DNA of 64,000 bases from Eledone cirrhosa. Taxonomy: Eukaryota. The stretch is taken from positions 77,128,001-77,192,000 of the forward strand of contig OZ024745.1 of assembly GCA_964016885.1 (NCBI GenBank). Direction: 5' to 3'. The notes below the pieces were generated by a model. That model saw only the letters and a list, made by a program, of their open reading frames with translations. It made no database searches and was not told where the DNA came from. Below are positions 25,890 through 39,430 of this stretch, piece after piece. How positions within the stretch are numbered: position 1 is the first letter of the stretch; each line of letters opens with the position of its first letter. Both the position numbers and the translations under genes were made by a program.

Positions 25890-25893
<4 letters not shown>
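25542..25893. mobile_element. diverged fold-back element, family J, with HHR-like motif on - at 25626-25668
   Basis: Imperfect inverted arms; rc gtca-CTGAAGA..GAAAGAGCTT-tgac; related end at 1268-1410. Confidence 0.55.
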
Positions 25894-25931
<38 letters not shown>

Positions 25932-25932
<1 letters not shown>

Positions 25933-26305
25933 GAGGGTAATCCCAAAAGTAAGGTCTCCAAAGCGATGGGGACGCAGAGAAACTGTTCGTACGGCTGTTG
26001 GCAACACTATTGTTATTGGTGCTACCTTCACTCCCAAACAAGCATGCGCGCGCTTCGCTGGGATGCTCAATCTTGGCTTGGCAGCCGTTGAGAATGGAGC
26101 TCCCGTTGAACGCTACCGCCAAGTGCGAATTTCGGGCAATCCCAAAAGTAAGGTCTCCTTCCGAGGAAAACATGTGTAAAGATCGGCGGATCACTGTGGA
26201 TGCTCTCTGCATTTTGGTTCCTGAGGTTTTCCAAAGCACCATCCACAGGATTTTAACGGAAAAGTTGCAATATCGGAAGGAGACCTTACTTTTGGGATTG
26301 CCCTC

Positions 26306-26306
<1 letters not shown>
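25932..26306 (+). mobile_element. mariner internal-deletion derivative (MITE)
   Basis: 28-bp TIRs CGAGGGYAATCCCAAAAGTAAGGTCTCC, TA flanks; transposase remnants MELPLNATAKCEFRAI and DRRITV..TIHRILTEKL. Confidence 0.9.
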
Positions 26307-26345
<39 letters not shown>

Positions 26346-27589
26346 GATGGAGTCGTGGAGAATTATTTAAAAACCGGATGAAGCACATATCTCTCTTTGT
26401 TGGAACACAGTTGCTTTCTTTCGGGAAAATAAGTACGCGAGAAAAGTAAGAAAGAGAGCTAGAGGAAGAGAAGATGCCAGCATTGAATTGATACTTTATT
26501 TATCGACATCGAACCCTGAGCGCAGTGAGCTGAAACAATTACCACAAAGTATTGTTTATCCGACATTCTAACGTCTCTGCCTGAGAGAGAGAGAGAGTGA
26601 GACACAACTATACAGAGATGAGAAGAGTTTCAAACAGACATTGAAAATTAAATGTAGTACTATACTGTAGTACTAATATTACTTTTTAAAACAAAAGATT
26701 TACACGAAAAACGTGCAGATGATTGAAAATTCCCAAATATATGTCTCGTGTATTTCTGTCCCGATTCTTGTGGCAAAACACATAATTTAAAAGACAATCA
26801 AACAGTGCAAAGTATATATTTCTATCTCCGACGCAGTTGCAAAGGTAGAAATGGGCTAGATGGTAGTCTGCTCTGGGCAGTACGAATTCTAGCTCTGCTT
26901 CAAAAGTTTTTAGGAACTATTGAATTTTGATAAAACATTTATATTCTTTTAGAAAGAAATAAGAAAAACACTATTTAACTTGTACAATTTATTTGTGGTT
27001 TACGCCATTTCAACATATAATATCGTTTAGAGGTGTATAATTAATACTCTCAGTCCTTACGAAAGTTCTTAATTTAATTTATTCTGTCCCAGCTCTTGAA
27101 ATAACATTCTCAGTGTTTCATTTCTGAATCATCGACAAGAAAATATTAATCAATGTCCACACAAAGTCCATCGTTTTTGTTTTTTTTATATTAAAGATAT
27201 ATGATCTGACATAGATAATAAACTTTTCTCATTTGAGGACATTAATTTTCAAACATTTTATAACAATTTTAAACATGTTTACATACTTTCAAACCTAAAG
27301 TCCTCTATCATTAGTAAATCAATGTTGAATAATAGATTTTACTTTGGAAATATGTACTTACTTACATATCAGGAAACATTCTAAATTAATTGTTTGTTTT
27401 TGATTTTTTTATGAAAGTCAAGAATATATTCATATAATTCTAATTATATTCCTCCAGATTGAATTCCTTTATTCTTAAGTAAATATATCTTAAATTGCAA
27501 GTAGATGTTTTTTCTTACTGAGTAATAACGAAAATAAATAATATTTCTTTAACAAGTTGTTGTAGTTTGCTTGAAGCATTGTGGAATGA

Positions 27590-27832
27590 GAAATACAAAT
27601 TTAACTAGGAAATAAGTTAAAGTATTTGGAATTCCGACAATGCGTGAGTAAGGTAACCTGAAAGTATTGAGGTTCAATAAAATTGCTATGGTAAAATTCT
27701 GCAGTTCTCATTCTTTTCTCAGTCCTTTTATCCTATATTCTCTAATTGCTATTACCTTGACACTTATAATCTCACACGCATTGTAGGGCTTCCAAATATT
27801 TAAACTTATTTCCTAGTTAAATTTATATTTCT
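27590..27832. repeat. old imperfect inverted repeat
   Basis: Arms ~27590-27658 and ~27750-27832. Confidence 0.6.
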
Positions 27833-28795
27833 TTAATTTTGATTTATACATATGATGAACATAATAGAGGTTAAATTTCTATTGTTTTGTATCAATTTAA
27901 TAATGCAATAATAGAATAATAATGATATTAACTATGAACTGCCTCATTATTATTGTCAATAATACTCTTATAAATTTTAATAATTCCATTCCTTGTATGT
28001 TTTGATAAATACTAATTAATTAATTATACTTCTAGATACAAGATGTTTCTGCAACCAATACGTTTTGTGATATAGCTTATTATATAGAAATTCAAATATC
28101 TTATTTAATATATATTATATTGATTATTCTATTATAACTTCTAGTATTTCACATTACACGCTTCTTACTTTTTCTCACACACTGTCATTAACTGCCTTAG
28201 TTATACTGAGTATATAACATATGAATATGTAAATCATGAGTATATATGCATTTATTTTCCATTAGTAATTTTACAAAATAATCAGTAAATTAAGATTTTC
28301 ATACGCTTAATTTACTTTTCAGATCTTTTTCTCTCTTCAGATCTCCTTTTTTCTTTGTTGTATTTTCTTTATATTCTTAATATTCTTTATATTCATAATA
28401 TTTTGCTAACAAACGTCTCCAGTAAACTATAAGTAACTGTATTTTTGATATTATAATTAACAATAAATAAACTAACATATAAGCTAATAATCTACTAATA
28501 ACTCTGCATATTGTATATACATAAATATGACCGTTATTGCTCCTAGCAGCATTCTCACCCTCAGCAAATTACCCTAAGCCGAACGCCTATCTGTACTCAT
28601 AACTCCTGGTAAACAAACCATATTCACCCTCCAAATTCGGAAAATCAAAGGCGGACCACCCATCTTCCCAAACTCGGCTTACGCAACCAGACCGCAATAG
28701 CCACCTACTGGTGAAGACAAACGTTATCAAGCTGCAGCTGTCATATTACGTAGTTTCTATATAATAAAACCAAAGCTATTATTATCTGCAGCTAT

Positions 28796-28985
28796 GGCGG
28801 TGGATTGGCAGTATCGGTAGAGGTTCGGACGCCATGCTTTGACGCATAGAGTTACGGCCCTTTCCATTCTGAGTTCAAATCCCGCCAAGGTTAACTTTGC
28901 CTTTCATCCTTACGGGGTCGATAAAATAAAGTACCAGTAATGTACTGAGTAATTGCTGGCCTTGTGCCAAAAGTAGAAACAATTA
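28796..28985 (+). mobile_element. full-length SINE with TSD
   Basis: TSD ATTATTATCTGYAGCTATG at 28778-28796 and 28982-29000. Confidence 0.92.
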
Positions 28986-30036
28986 TTATCTGTAGCTATG
29001 TGTATACCCGTTTCGGTTTAAATAGGATTTAAATTAATAACAAATTTCTAAACTTAATGGGTCTCTTTTAAATTTTATTAACATAATCAAAATTTAATTG
29101 CTTCATTTATAGATTTGATATTAATACATTATAATAATTTTGTTAACTATTAATTCATTTAGTATTATCTTTTAGCGTATTTCTGTAACATTTAATATTA
29201 CTTACATTATCCCATATATTGTTTACAAATAATATGAGCTTAGAATTTCCATACAATTGATACTTTTAATTGTATATTCTATTATATGTATATTGTGCTT
29301 CTATGTAATCTCTAATATAGTATCGATCTAATTATTTCCTTCTAGTTCAATCTTAATATTTCTCATTCAGTAGATATCGTACAGATATTTGCACTCTAAT
29401 CTATTTCCTATCATGTTCTATTTTCTTTCTTTCTTTTTCTCTTTCACTTTCTTTAAGGTTGCAATAATGACGTTGTATTCATTTTAAACATAGCGTATAT
29501 TTTTACAGGAGTTTTAATAACGGTGCGTTGTTTATAATATATCATGCAATTGTTGGAATATACGCAAGTCATTTTACGGACAGTGCATACTGAAACATTT
29601 CTATCTTCTCTCAAGACAAAATGATGAACAGAAGTAATATTTGATTCTTTGAGCTAATGCTCAGATTGTGATTATATTGATACATTTCAATAAGAATAAT
29701 AGAACTAGAACAACGTGATACATTATTTTGTTACTTCCATTTATTTTTGTTTATTTGCGAAGCAACATGTGACAGAAAAATATAAACACTTAATTTTTCA
29801 TATTTGCTTTTTTCTATATTATTATTTGTGTGCTTTGAACCATTGTATTTATACGGTCCGTCGGATTTACTGGCGTGAAGTTTGATTCTTAAACAATTTT
29901 ATGGATTGTACTAGTGATAAGTAGATTCGTCCTATCTCACTAATTATGGAATTATATTGAGCATGAAACGTTATGGGCATAACTCTTTATCTGATTATAT
30001 TATATATATATAAATATATATAATAAATAATAAATT

Positions 30037-30067
<31 letters not shown>

Positions 30068-30107
30068 TTGTATATATGTGTGTGTGTGTACGTGCCTATA
30101 TAGTTAT

Positions 30108-30143
<36 letters not shown>

Positions 30144-31696
30144 ATTGGTGGTTGGCTGCTATATCTTTAACAATTGATTTACTGGAATACATTTAACCAC
30201 TAGTTCTGTATAAGATATTCCGATATCGTTCTATTAAAACGGTCTAAAAATATAACAAACCGAGGAAAATGGTTATGATTTAGGTCGCCAACTATTATAA
30301 AGTTCGGAAAAGGGCTTATTCAACTGAAAGCAACGAAACACATTATAACACGTATGATATTTTCAATTACACATTCATAGTACATATTCACACACACACA
30401 CATATATGTATATATATATATATGTGTGATATATATATCATATACATATATATATCTGTGTGTGTGTGTATGTGTGTGTAAAGCTATATTCATCCCATGC
30501 AATTGAGTATGACTTGGCTGTGTCACCTTGTTTCACTAAGTACTCTACGTACCCATGCAGTCGTGAGCAGAAACAAAACATTTCCCCATTGATCTTGCGT
30601 ATCATCCAGGATTTATAAAACTGAAAAAGAAAAGGTTGTACGAACACTGATCTAGTACTTTCTTTATCAATCCCTGTTATCCATGAAATGAGGATGGTTC
30701 CGAGTCAATGAAATGGGAAAATATGACATATTTTACAAATATCACACTTGCTAAGTTTGCAGTAAAATTACCCTTTTGATATTGATTTACCATTATCTCA
30801 TAAATGAAAAAAATATAACAACAAAACACTACACATATATGTGTTTTGTTTGACGTGTGTATTGTTTTATCCATGTGTAAAAGTGCCTTCCTTAGAGATT
30901 AAGGTATTCTCATAATCATGAGGTCAATTCCTGGCAGCTCTTTCTCTTCTTGAACGAGTGACTTTAGTTCATGTGGTTCAAATCTACTTAGCTGGAAAAA
31001 TGAATTGTACCTTTAATTCTAATGGCAAGCCCTAACACACAGAGTTACATACTGAATTCACTTGAGAATTGCATATGCTACTCATATCCATGGAATGCTC
31101 ATCTGCTTGCACGATGACAGAGCAGGCAGTTCTGTTAATAGAAAAACTAGATCACTGACAGTGGCACCCGACGGAGGTCCATTCCATGTGTATGTGTGCG
31201 TGTTCTGTTGTTTATATTGGCTGTATTAATGTCAGTACCTTTATCTACCGACATCTGTGGTTGCGAGCAAAGTCCTTCACACAACAATACACACAATATG
31301 CCAACGTCTTTTGTAATCGCAGCCTAACCAGATATCTTGAAGACAATTCCTAAAATTATCAAAGAAGTAAAATATCCGAACATATTCAATCTGTAACTTG
31401 GCGAATATCTGCAAATACTAACATTACACCTGCTTTACTAACAAGAATTCATTGCTTGCATTGTCAATATAGTATTCCTTACTGGAGTACATACATACAT
31501 GATGGCTGCCCTCTCGTTATCGAGTATGGCCATTGCATGATAAAAAAAAAGAACATACATACATATTAATGATTAACGGTGCTGCGATCGAATGTGTGTG
31601 TGTGTATGTGTACATTACGGTTTATTCAGGGATAAAACGGTAGTATCCGTTGTCATTTTAAGGGGCTTCACGATTTATTTAAGGAGAGAGAAAGTT

Positions 31697-31770
<74 letters not shown>

Positions 31771-31776
<6 letters not shown>

Positions 31777-32128
31777 GTGAGGTTTTTTTACAAAATGAAA
31801 AATAACCGAGGTGTCCTACACGAGTGAAAGTATAAAGAAAAAGAGATGAAATCGAAAATGCAACTGGAGTCTTATTTTTTTTTTAAATATATATATTTAT
31901 TTGGTTCCTTTACCGGTTTCGCAGTTCTTCTGCTTTTCAAAAGGTGAGTTGAGATGGAGGGTCTGTGGTTTTTCTCACATCTGAGATGTGAGAAAAACCA
32001 CAGACCCTCCATCTCAACTCACCTTTTGAAAAGCAGAAGAACTGCGAAACCGGTAAAGGAACCAAATAAATATATATATTTAAAAAAAAAATAAGACTCC
32101 AGTTGCATTTTCGATTTCATCTTTTTTT

Positions 32129-32135
<7 letters not shown>
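31771..32135 (-). mobile_element. near-perfect ~305-bp palindrome (31831-32135) plus tail, family K
   Basis: Centre CATCT-G-AGATG at 31983; (TA)n flanks. Confidence 0.85.
32022..32059 (+). ncRNA. minimal hammerhead ribozyme, U3-A8 variant (mirror on - at 31907-31944)
   Basis: cctt-TTGAAAA-gcag(aagaa)ctgc-GAA-ACCGGT-A-aagg. Confidence 0.75.
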
Positions 32136-32159
<24 letters not shown>

Positions 32160-32163
<4 letters not shown>

Positions 32164-32350
32164 TAAAAAGGAAAAGAAAATGGTGACAAATTTTTCCCAG
32201 CGAAAAATAGTTTAATTAGGAATAAGTATAAATTAGTAATAAGTATTAGTTAGTATTCAGTTTTAGTTTTAAGTTTTTACGAGTTGCGCATTTCTTATGC
32301 TTTTCAAAAATAATTTTGAGATAGAGTGCTCGTGATTTTTGCTCTAATCT
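32160..32350 (-). mobile_element. diverged family A element
   Basis: Similar to 43028-43222; rc TTGAAAA..GCAACTCGTA. Confidence 0.7.
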
Positions 32351-33485
32351 GTATATATATATATACAAATTTTAGTACAGCATCAACGAAGCTTTAGGTT
32401 GCGGCCAAGCTAACGAATGCAAATTCGGTATGTAGCTTTAGCACTCGATAGGGAATAGTACCCCCAGAGTAATAACAATACGTTTAAACAGCTTTGCAAA
32501 TCAAATATAGCGATCGGCAGTCCAGCCGCATTGCCATAGCAACGAAAATGGTTGGACTCAGGAAAAGATTTTAGACTGACCTGATATATATATATATATA
32601 TATATACAGGTGACTTCTGCTCCTAAACTCAGGTTGCATGCTTTTGTGTCACTTCCACTTTGACATTCTCGACACAGTAATTTCTACTCCCTTCGTCACC
32701 AATATTTTCTCTCTCCCTGCAAGCTCCACTCTAACCAGTACACTTAGTCCTTCGTTCCCAGAACTTTAGGCTTCTGGTATTCTGTTCTTGAATTCCCTCA
32801 TTGCAACTATTTTTCTCGTAATCGTCAATTTGCGCTGGTTTAAGCACAGTCTTAATTGAAATTGATCTTACCGATATGAGTGGTGGGGGAAGTTTTCTAG
32901 GGCTAAATGCAAAACCCCTTCCATATTAAACCAATATAAAACAATAAAAAGCTCTATTGTCTGATAGATGAAGTAGGTGAAATAAGACAATGTTAATATA
33001 TTTGATTCAAAATACTTTTCTTTTTTTTATGAATAAACAAAAATAGTTATGAAAGAACTTTTAATCTCGGCTCAGCTTTGTTTTCATAAAACTGATTGCA
33101 TTAGCGAGATTTATATCTGAAATTCCTGGGTTAAGTAGAAACCATAACTGAAATCAAATGTGTACAGTAATCGGCAACTGAAGCCAGGGATTTGTCTTTT
33201 ACTCAGAAACGTTTTATGATACTCGTGACGCTCATAGAATTGCAGATAGTTGATTTCTCATTAAGCTAGTGTGCTTCATTGATTGTACCTTAAAGCATTT
33301 CGACCATGAATAGATGGGAAAATGAAACCACAATAACCCATAAGTCTGCTATCCTTGGCCCTAACTTAACATCTATTCTCGACCTAAATGTACTAAATCC
33401 ACTATAAAATATGATGTAAAAGAAGGTTGCTATAGCTTTATCTCTCACACACACACACACACACACACACGCACCCACACACACA

Positions 33486-33556
<71 letters not shown>

Positions 33557-35019
33557 TATGTATTCAATAACTTATAAAAAATAAATTATTTCTCACACCG
33601 GTACAACATTTATAAATGAGAGAATATTCGATTGAATGACGTTCATGCCTTTACAAAGCGAAATTAAGAAAATTCTATTCTACCCTGAAATTCTTAAAAT
33701 TCTAAAACATTGATCTCAAAGCTAAATCTATATGTGGAAACTTCATTTAAATATTTTTATTCCAGCTAAATAGAGGAGAGGAAATAAGTGAATGCAGACA
33801 CTTTTGACGCGATCTTATTTTTAATAATTATAGATTGACATCACTTGTCCTTGCTATTCTGCCTTTAACTGTGCTGCTGCAAGTGCTGCTGTTACTGTTA
33901 TTATTTCTGTAGTTCTATGCAGCACTGTAGATCTGAGCGAGCCGAATCTACTATCCGACTCTTAATATTGACTGTAGGAATTTTACTTACGTCATTAATG
34001 CATGGACGCAAAGTAAACAGGTTTCGACTACCCCTGCATTATCTCCCGACCTATGCTTATTTAAAATATGATCGTAAATTATAGCCAATCACATCACATA
34101 CTATATTCAGTCCCTGCAAGAACTATAGGCAAAAAGGAAGCGAGGAAGCAAGTAGTGTGTATGTGTGTTGAGATGGATTTTAATGTGCGTGGATTCTAAT
34201 GGACATGACAAAGAGTAAGAGAAAAGGGTGGGTTTGAAGCTGAGAGAAAACATATCGTTTACTGGTGAGGAAATATTGCGCACAGTTACAGGCAAAAAAG
34301 GAATGAAAGTAATAAAAGTGTCTATTTGCTTTAAAAAAAAGTACAACAGCAAATGAACAGAGACGGCTCCGAGATATACAACGTGAGAAGGGAGTGGAAA
34401 CATTTGTGTATTTGTGTCTTTATGTAGTCAGTCAGGTGACAGCGCTGTCTTCGCTATAATCGATTTTTCTTCCATGGAATTAGGTCGATGTAATTGTGTA
34501 TGTGCCCCAGTAAAATCTCGCGGTCGTCAGCTTCCTCTCTGTAGGCTGTTTGATAGAGAACTGAATAGGATCGTATTAAAACACTGACACGCACAAACAC
34601 AGGCATTTAAACATACATATCTACACAGAAACAAATGCACATGCACACTCATGCATACGTACGTAAGCACTGGCGCACACACATGTGAGTGTAAGTAAAG
34701 TCAATATTGGATTTGCCTTAGATAATATATATCTATCAAATTTCAGGTAATAACAAAAAGATACGGATTTATCTGCCAACATTAATTGAGAAGAAATACA
34801 GGTCGTTCTCATACTGAAATCCAGTGTGGAGTTAATATTTTGTTTTCTCGGATTCAAAAAGATAATATAGTTCCTTTCTCTAAGTTTTTTTCTTCAATAA
34901 TTTATAACGAGAGATAAACAATCACTCGTGTTCCAAAAACAAAGTTATATTCAACGAATAAAACATGAAACCTAGAAACCTATCATAAGAAAAGTTATAT
35001 CTTTTCCGCGATTTTTATA

Positions 35020-35351
35020 TTGACAGAATCGTTAGAGCGCACGAGAAAATACTTAGTGGCTAGTATTCAAATCTGATTGAGGTCGACTTTAATTTTCATC
35101 CTTCTAGAATCAATAAAATAAAGCACCAGTAATGGTGATTTAATTTATCGGGGTCGATTTAATCAATCGATTTCCCCTCCTCTCAAAATTGTTGGGCTTG
35201 TGCCTAAATCAGAAACATTATTATTTTGTGCTGAGTTCAAATCCCGCCGAGGTTAACTTTGCCTTTCATCCTTACGGGGTCGATAAAATAAAGTACCAGT
35301 AATGCACTGGGTAATTGCTGGCCTTGTGCCTAAAGTAGAAACAATTATTAT
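35020..35351 (+). mobile_element. two adjacent SINE copies (old variant, then young partial 35231-35351)
   Basis: Family match. Confidence 0.75.
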
Positions 35352-38300
35352 TTTGTTCTGCATACTTTTACTCAGTGCCCGAGTTGTGGGCTTGTGCCGA
35401 ACACCTGCTACCACCTGTGAGACAGGTTTGGCTAACAGCCGGGTCCATAGTGAAAACTGAACTGTGACCAAAGTTTAGAAGGTTAGCTGTTTTTCCTGTT
35501 TTATTTCTTAATGGACTTAGCCAAGTAGGTGAGTGTCTTTGGAATTTAAATCATTTATCTGGAAGACAAAGAATTAAAAGAAAGGGAAAGTAATCAGAAG
35601 AAAATACAATGCCAGGATGTCGGCAAGTACTGATGGTAATGTAGCCAAGGAATTAGTTGGATTTAGATTCATATTTCGACTATACATTAAACAGTTCCTA
35701 AAAAAATAAAAAAAAAAAGCCAGCGAATAGTCGGAATTGTTAAAACATCGGATAGAATTAATTGTGGCATTCGTTTCGGATGTTGGTGCTCTCAAGTGTT
35801 CCAATCCCGTCGAGTTCAACTTTGCTTTTCATCGTTTCGAGGTTGATAAAAAAAAGTACCAGCCTAGTACTGGAATCGATTCTTATATATCTTTTCTCCC
35901 CCCCCCCCCCCCCACACACACACATTTTTTCTCTCTCTCTCTCTCTGGAAGAAAGCAGATGTGTTCAGATCTGAAGAAGGGATGGGCTCCGCCAAGATTA
36001 TAAAGTCCCCAAGACACGCTCCACCGTATGTCATGACGGCGCCAATACTACCCTGTCATGAGCTATGGCTTCATATATAATACATTATTGATTCAACATC
36101 AATGAGCTGCATTTGTTGTGTAGTTGTTATACTGCACTCAATATTCCAGTGCCTATACGTTCAAACCATAACCGTATTATTTTAGTTTAATATATTACTA
36201 GTACTTATTTGATAGACACCAGAAATCGACTTTTGTGATATTTTAATGCAAAATATGGTATTGATTCTGTAAAACATTTAGTTTTGCAGTCCTATTATCT
36301 CGGCCACTTTGATAACTCTTACATTAATTATAGTAGGGTTATCATGTACGTGTGTTGTGAAATGATGTAAGCTCCTTGGAAACAAGTATTTCCAATACGG
36401 TTTCAAATCCCTTTTGAACTATTTCCGAAACACCTCTCTACATAGGTTCTTCTCTAGTTAAGACGATTAACTATTGGAAATGCTTTCTTCGCATTTTTTT
36501 TAAATGTGTTGAAACCGAAGATCCACGTTATAACTCTATATCAATTTGTTTAATATCATTTCCACAGTCACGGATTTATAGGAAAGGAGACAAGAACGTG
36601 TCTCATTCTTGTTTTTCAAAAAATCATTTACCGCGTAAAGAAAGTAAAATAGCTTTAAATTCATTATTTTCGTAACGAAAAGTTCTTTGTTTGCTAGCCA
36701 TTTCGGCGACCTGCTTTGTATTCTAGACAGAAAGTATTTTAATTCACTTAAATTGTTTTTTTTATGTTTTAAGTGCAGTTGAATATTATAAAAAGTAAGC
36801 TATCAACAATCATAATAAAAACAAATGGTGTTAATGTATCTTCTTTCACTTCGGTCTCTAATAATCTGGTAACATCTAGAACGTCACACTATCCAATTTA
36901 CCTTCATTTAATAAATGGTGAGGCCATACGTCTCTCTAAGCTCTTATATATTTCTTGAAGCTTATTAAACTTATTATACATGGACTGGCTTTTACACTAA
37001 ACTATTACACTCTACCTACAGTACTGAATACTTTTTCTTCCGTGTGTTAAAATCAACTAATATAAATATATATATGTAAAGAGAGAGAGAGGGAGAAAAA
37101 GAGAGAGCATGTGGCATTCATAGTAGGGTAGATGGTGGTGTTAAATTGGGCAACGGATTAAGCCTATACGATAGGCTTCCAAACTGTTTGCGTCTACTAA
37201 ATTTCCTTCTCAAGGTTTTGGCCAAAAAGAAGATGCCAAGCAATGAAAATTAGTAAAAGGAGCAAACATTTTAACCCCATGACCAATATTAAGTACATTT
37301 GACACGAATAAGAAAATATATAAAACAATATATCGGTCGGCAAAATGCCTTACAAAATTCATATAAAATTCCATGTTCAAACCCGTCTGAGTCGGTCTAA
37401 TGGACTAAACCTATCGCTCCAATACTGTGTGAAATACAATATATTTCATAGCAAATGTTAAAAACTTATTTGTTCTGGTTCTTGTTCCTGTAGTAGTTGC
37501 ATTTACTGCTTGCTGGTGTTACTGTTATTGTCAGTCTTCTTCTTCTTCGAGAAGTGTGCTTCCTCTTGACATACATTCCTCCTCAATCACACTAAGTATA
37601 GAGCGTTTGCAGTTCCTAAGTAACATTTATTTATTCGTTCATTTTTTTATTCATTTTGTAATATGATGAACGATACTAACAGTAACACTGAAATCACTAT
37701 CCTCATGTACTTTTTCATAATGAAGCTATTAACAATTTCCACGTTCATTCACCAGTACCAATAGCCTAGTTTAGAGAAAAAAGTAGTACCGCTGGTCAAT
37801 TCTGTTGGCGATGTCTGAGAATTTTAGTTGTTCATATTATTGAATGTTTATACGTTGTTTTACACTTATGGCAATGTAACGTGATTATATAATTTGAATT
37901 TGGCAAAAGGGCTTCTTATCAGATATCTATGGCTTCTGTTATCAGTAGAAATTCTGTTGTCGTTTTGTACAATTTATCTTTTAATTGCAGTTACATTTAG
38001 TGCTATTTCTTTATAACAAAACAGTATGTGTTTGCCTTGAAGAGTATGTATTTCAGTGTGTGAATTCAGTTTGCCTGTTTACTGCTAAATAAATGAAATC
38101 GTACAAGTTTTAACCAACATAATTTACACCATGACTATAATAAATGTCACATGCACGAAAATAAAATTTAAAATATTTGTGGATAATATTGGTTTCTTAA
38201 ATCGTGGATTAGTTACGTTTACAGATTTTATTTATTATCATAATACTTTTAATATTACTATTCTTATATCTTACAAACAATTCTGTATATTTCGTTGCAC

Positions 38301-38999
38301 ATTTTGATTTTATTTGTTTTCTCTTTGCATGGACGTTTAATTAGTATTCCACAGTCGTGTATGAGAGACCAGTTTCTTGATGAAGTAAAGCATTGTACAG
38401 TTTAGCTAATTCTCAGACACGTCAATTTAATTTCACAAATTACAAAACATACTTTCTTCAGTGAAAATTCCAAGATTGGATCCATAACTTAGATCACTTG
38501 TACTTATGTACTTATTGTAATAAGTTACCCGTAAGATTTAATTTTGGAACTTAAAAAAAGAGATATAAGAAATATTTAGACTGATGCGCTACTTCTTTCT
38601 CCAGTTGTAGAATTATATAAAAATGCATACAATATACTCTATGCCTTTTATCATTTGAATTCGAATTCTTTTTGTTTCGACCTATATTTTATTTTTAAAA
38701 CATTTCTTAATGTAAGCACCTACATAAGTATGTGTAAACATATGTTTATATAGATAATCGTACATATACAAATAGAGTTTGTTTGTGTGGGTCTTTATCA
38801 GTGTTAATAATTTATCAAGGGTTCTATACTTATTTACATTTTATTTACATGTTTTTTTAATATCTGATTTTATTCTGAATTTCATTAGGGTAAAGCTAAA
38901 AATATATTCTGACATAGAACAAAATCTTATGGTTTGGGGTGTGTTACATAACGTTCTTCTTAGTTTATATTTTGCATCCTTCATCCTCAGTCGGCAATC

Positions 39000-39430
39000 T
39001 TTTCTTCTTCTTTTCATCCCGTCCTCAGATCTGAGGATTGGGGGTCATCGACCTATGAACCAGCACTCTCTATCTTTTCCTGTCTCTTGCCATTGCCGTA
39101 CATTCCGCCAAACTCTCCGTTCCTCAATATCATCTGTCCATCTTCTTTTCTGCTGTCCCCCGGCCCTTTTCCTCTGTATTCGTCGCTCAGGATGTGGGTA
39201 GTCAAATTATTGGCCCTGATGATATGACCAAAATACTAAAGTTTCCTTGTTCTTACTGTTTCAACCAACTGTCGAGTGACAGCAATCTTTTCCAGGTCAG
39301 ATTCATTTGTTCTGTGAACTGTCCAGCTAATTCATGACATTTCAAATGCTCTAAGTCGTTTATAGTCAGATGCCTTTAAAGTCCATGACTCACAACCATA
39401 TACAGTCACCGGCCACGCTAATGTTTTGAT
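39000..39430 (-). pseudogene. degraded RTE LINE 3' fragment
   Basis: rc YFGHIIR..RRWTDDI; VYGCESWT-like segment. Confidence 0.7.

Noticed and set aside
27590-27832. Inverted repeat as another HHR element
   Set aside because: No hammerhead core or (TA)n flanks found
32530-32543. RFX X-box-like ATTGCCATAGCAAC
   Set aside because: One mismatch, lies inside a probable transposon fragment, and no linked gene is visible
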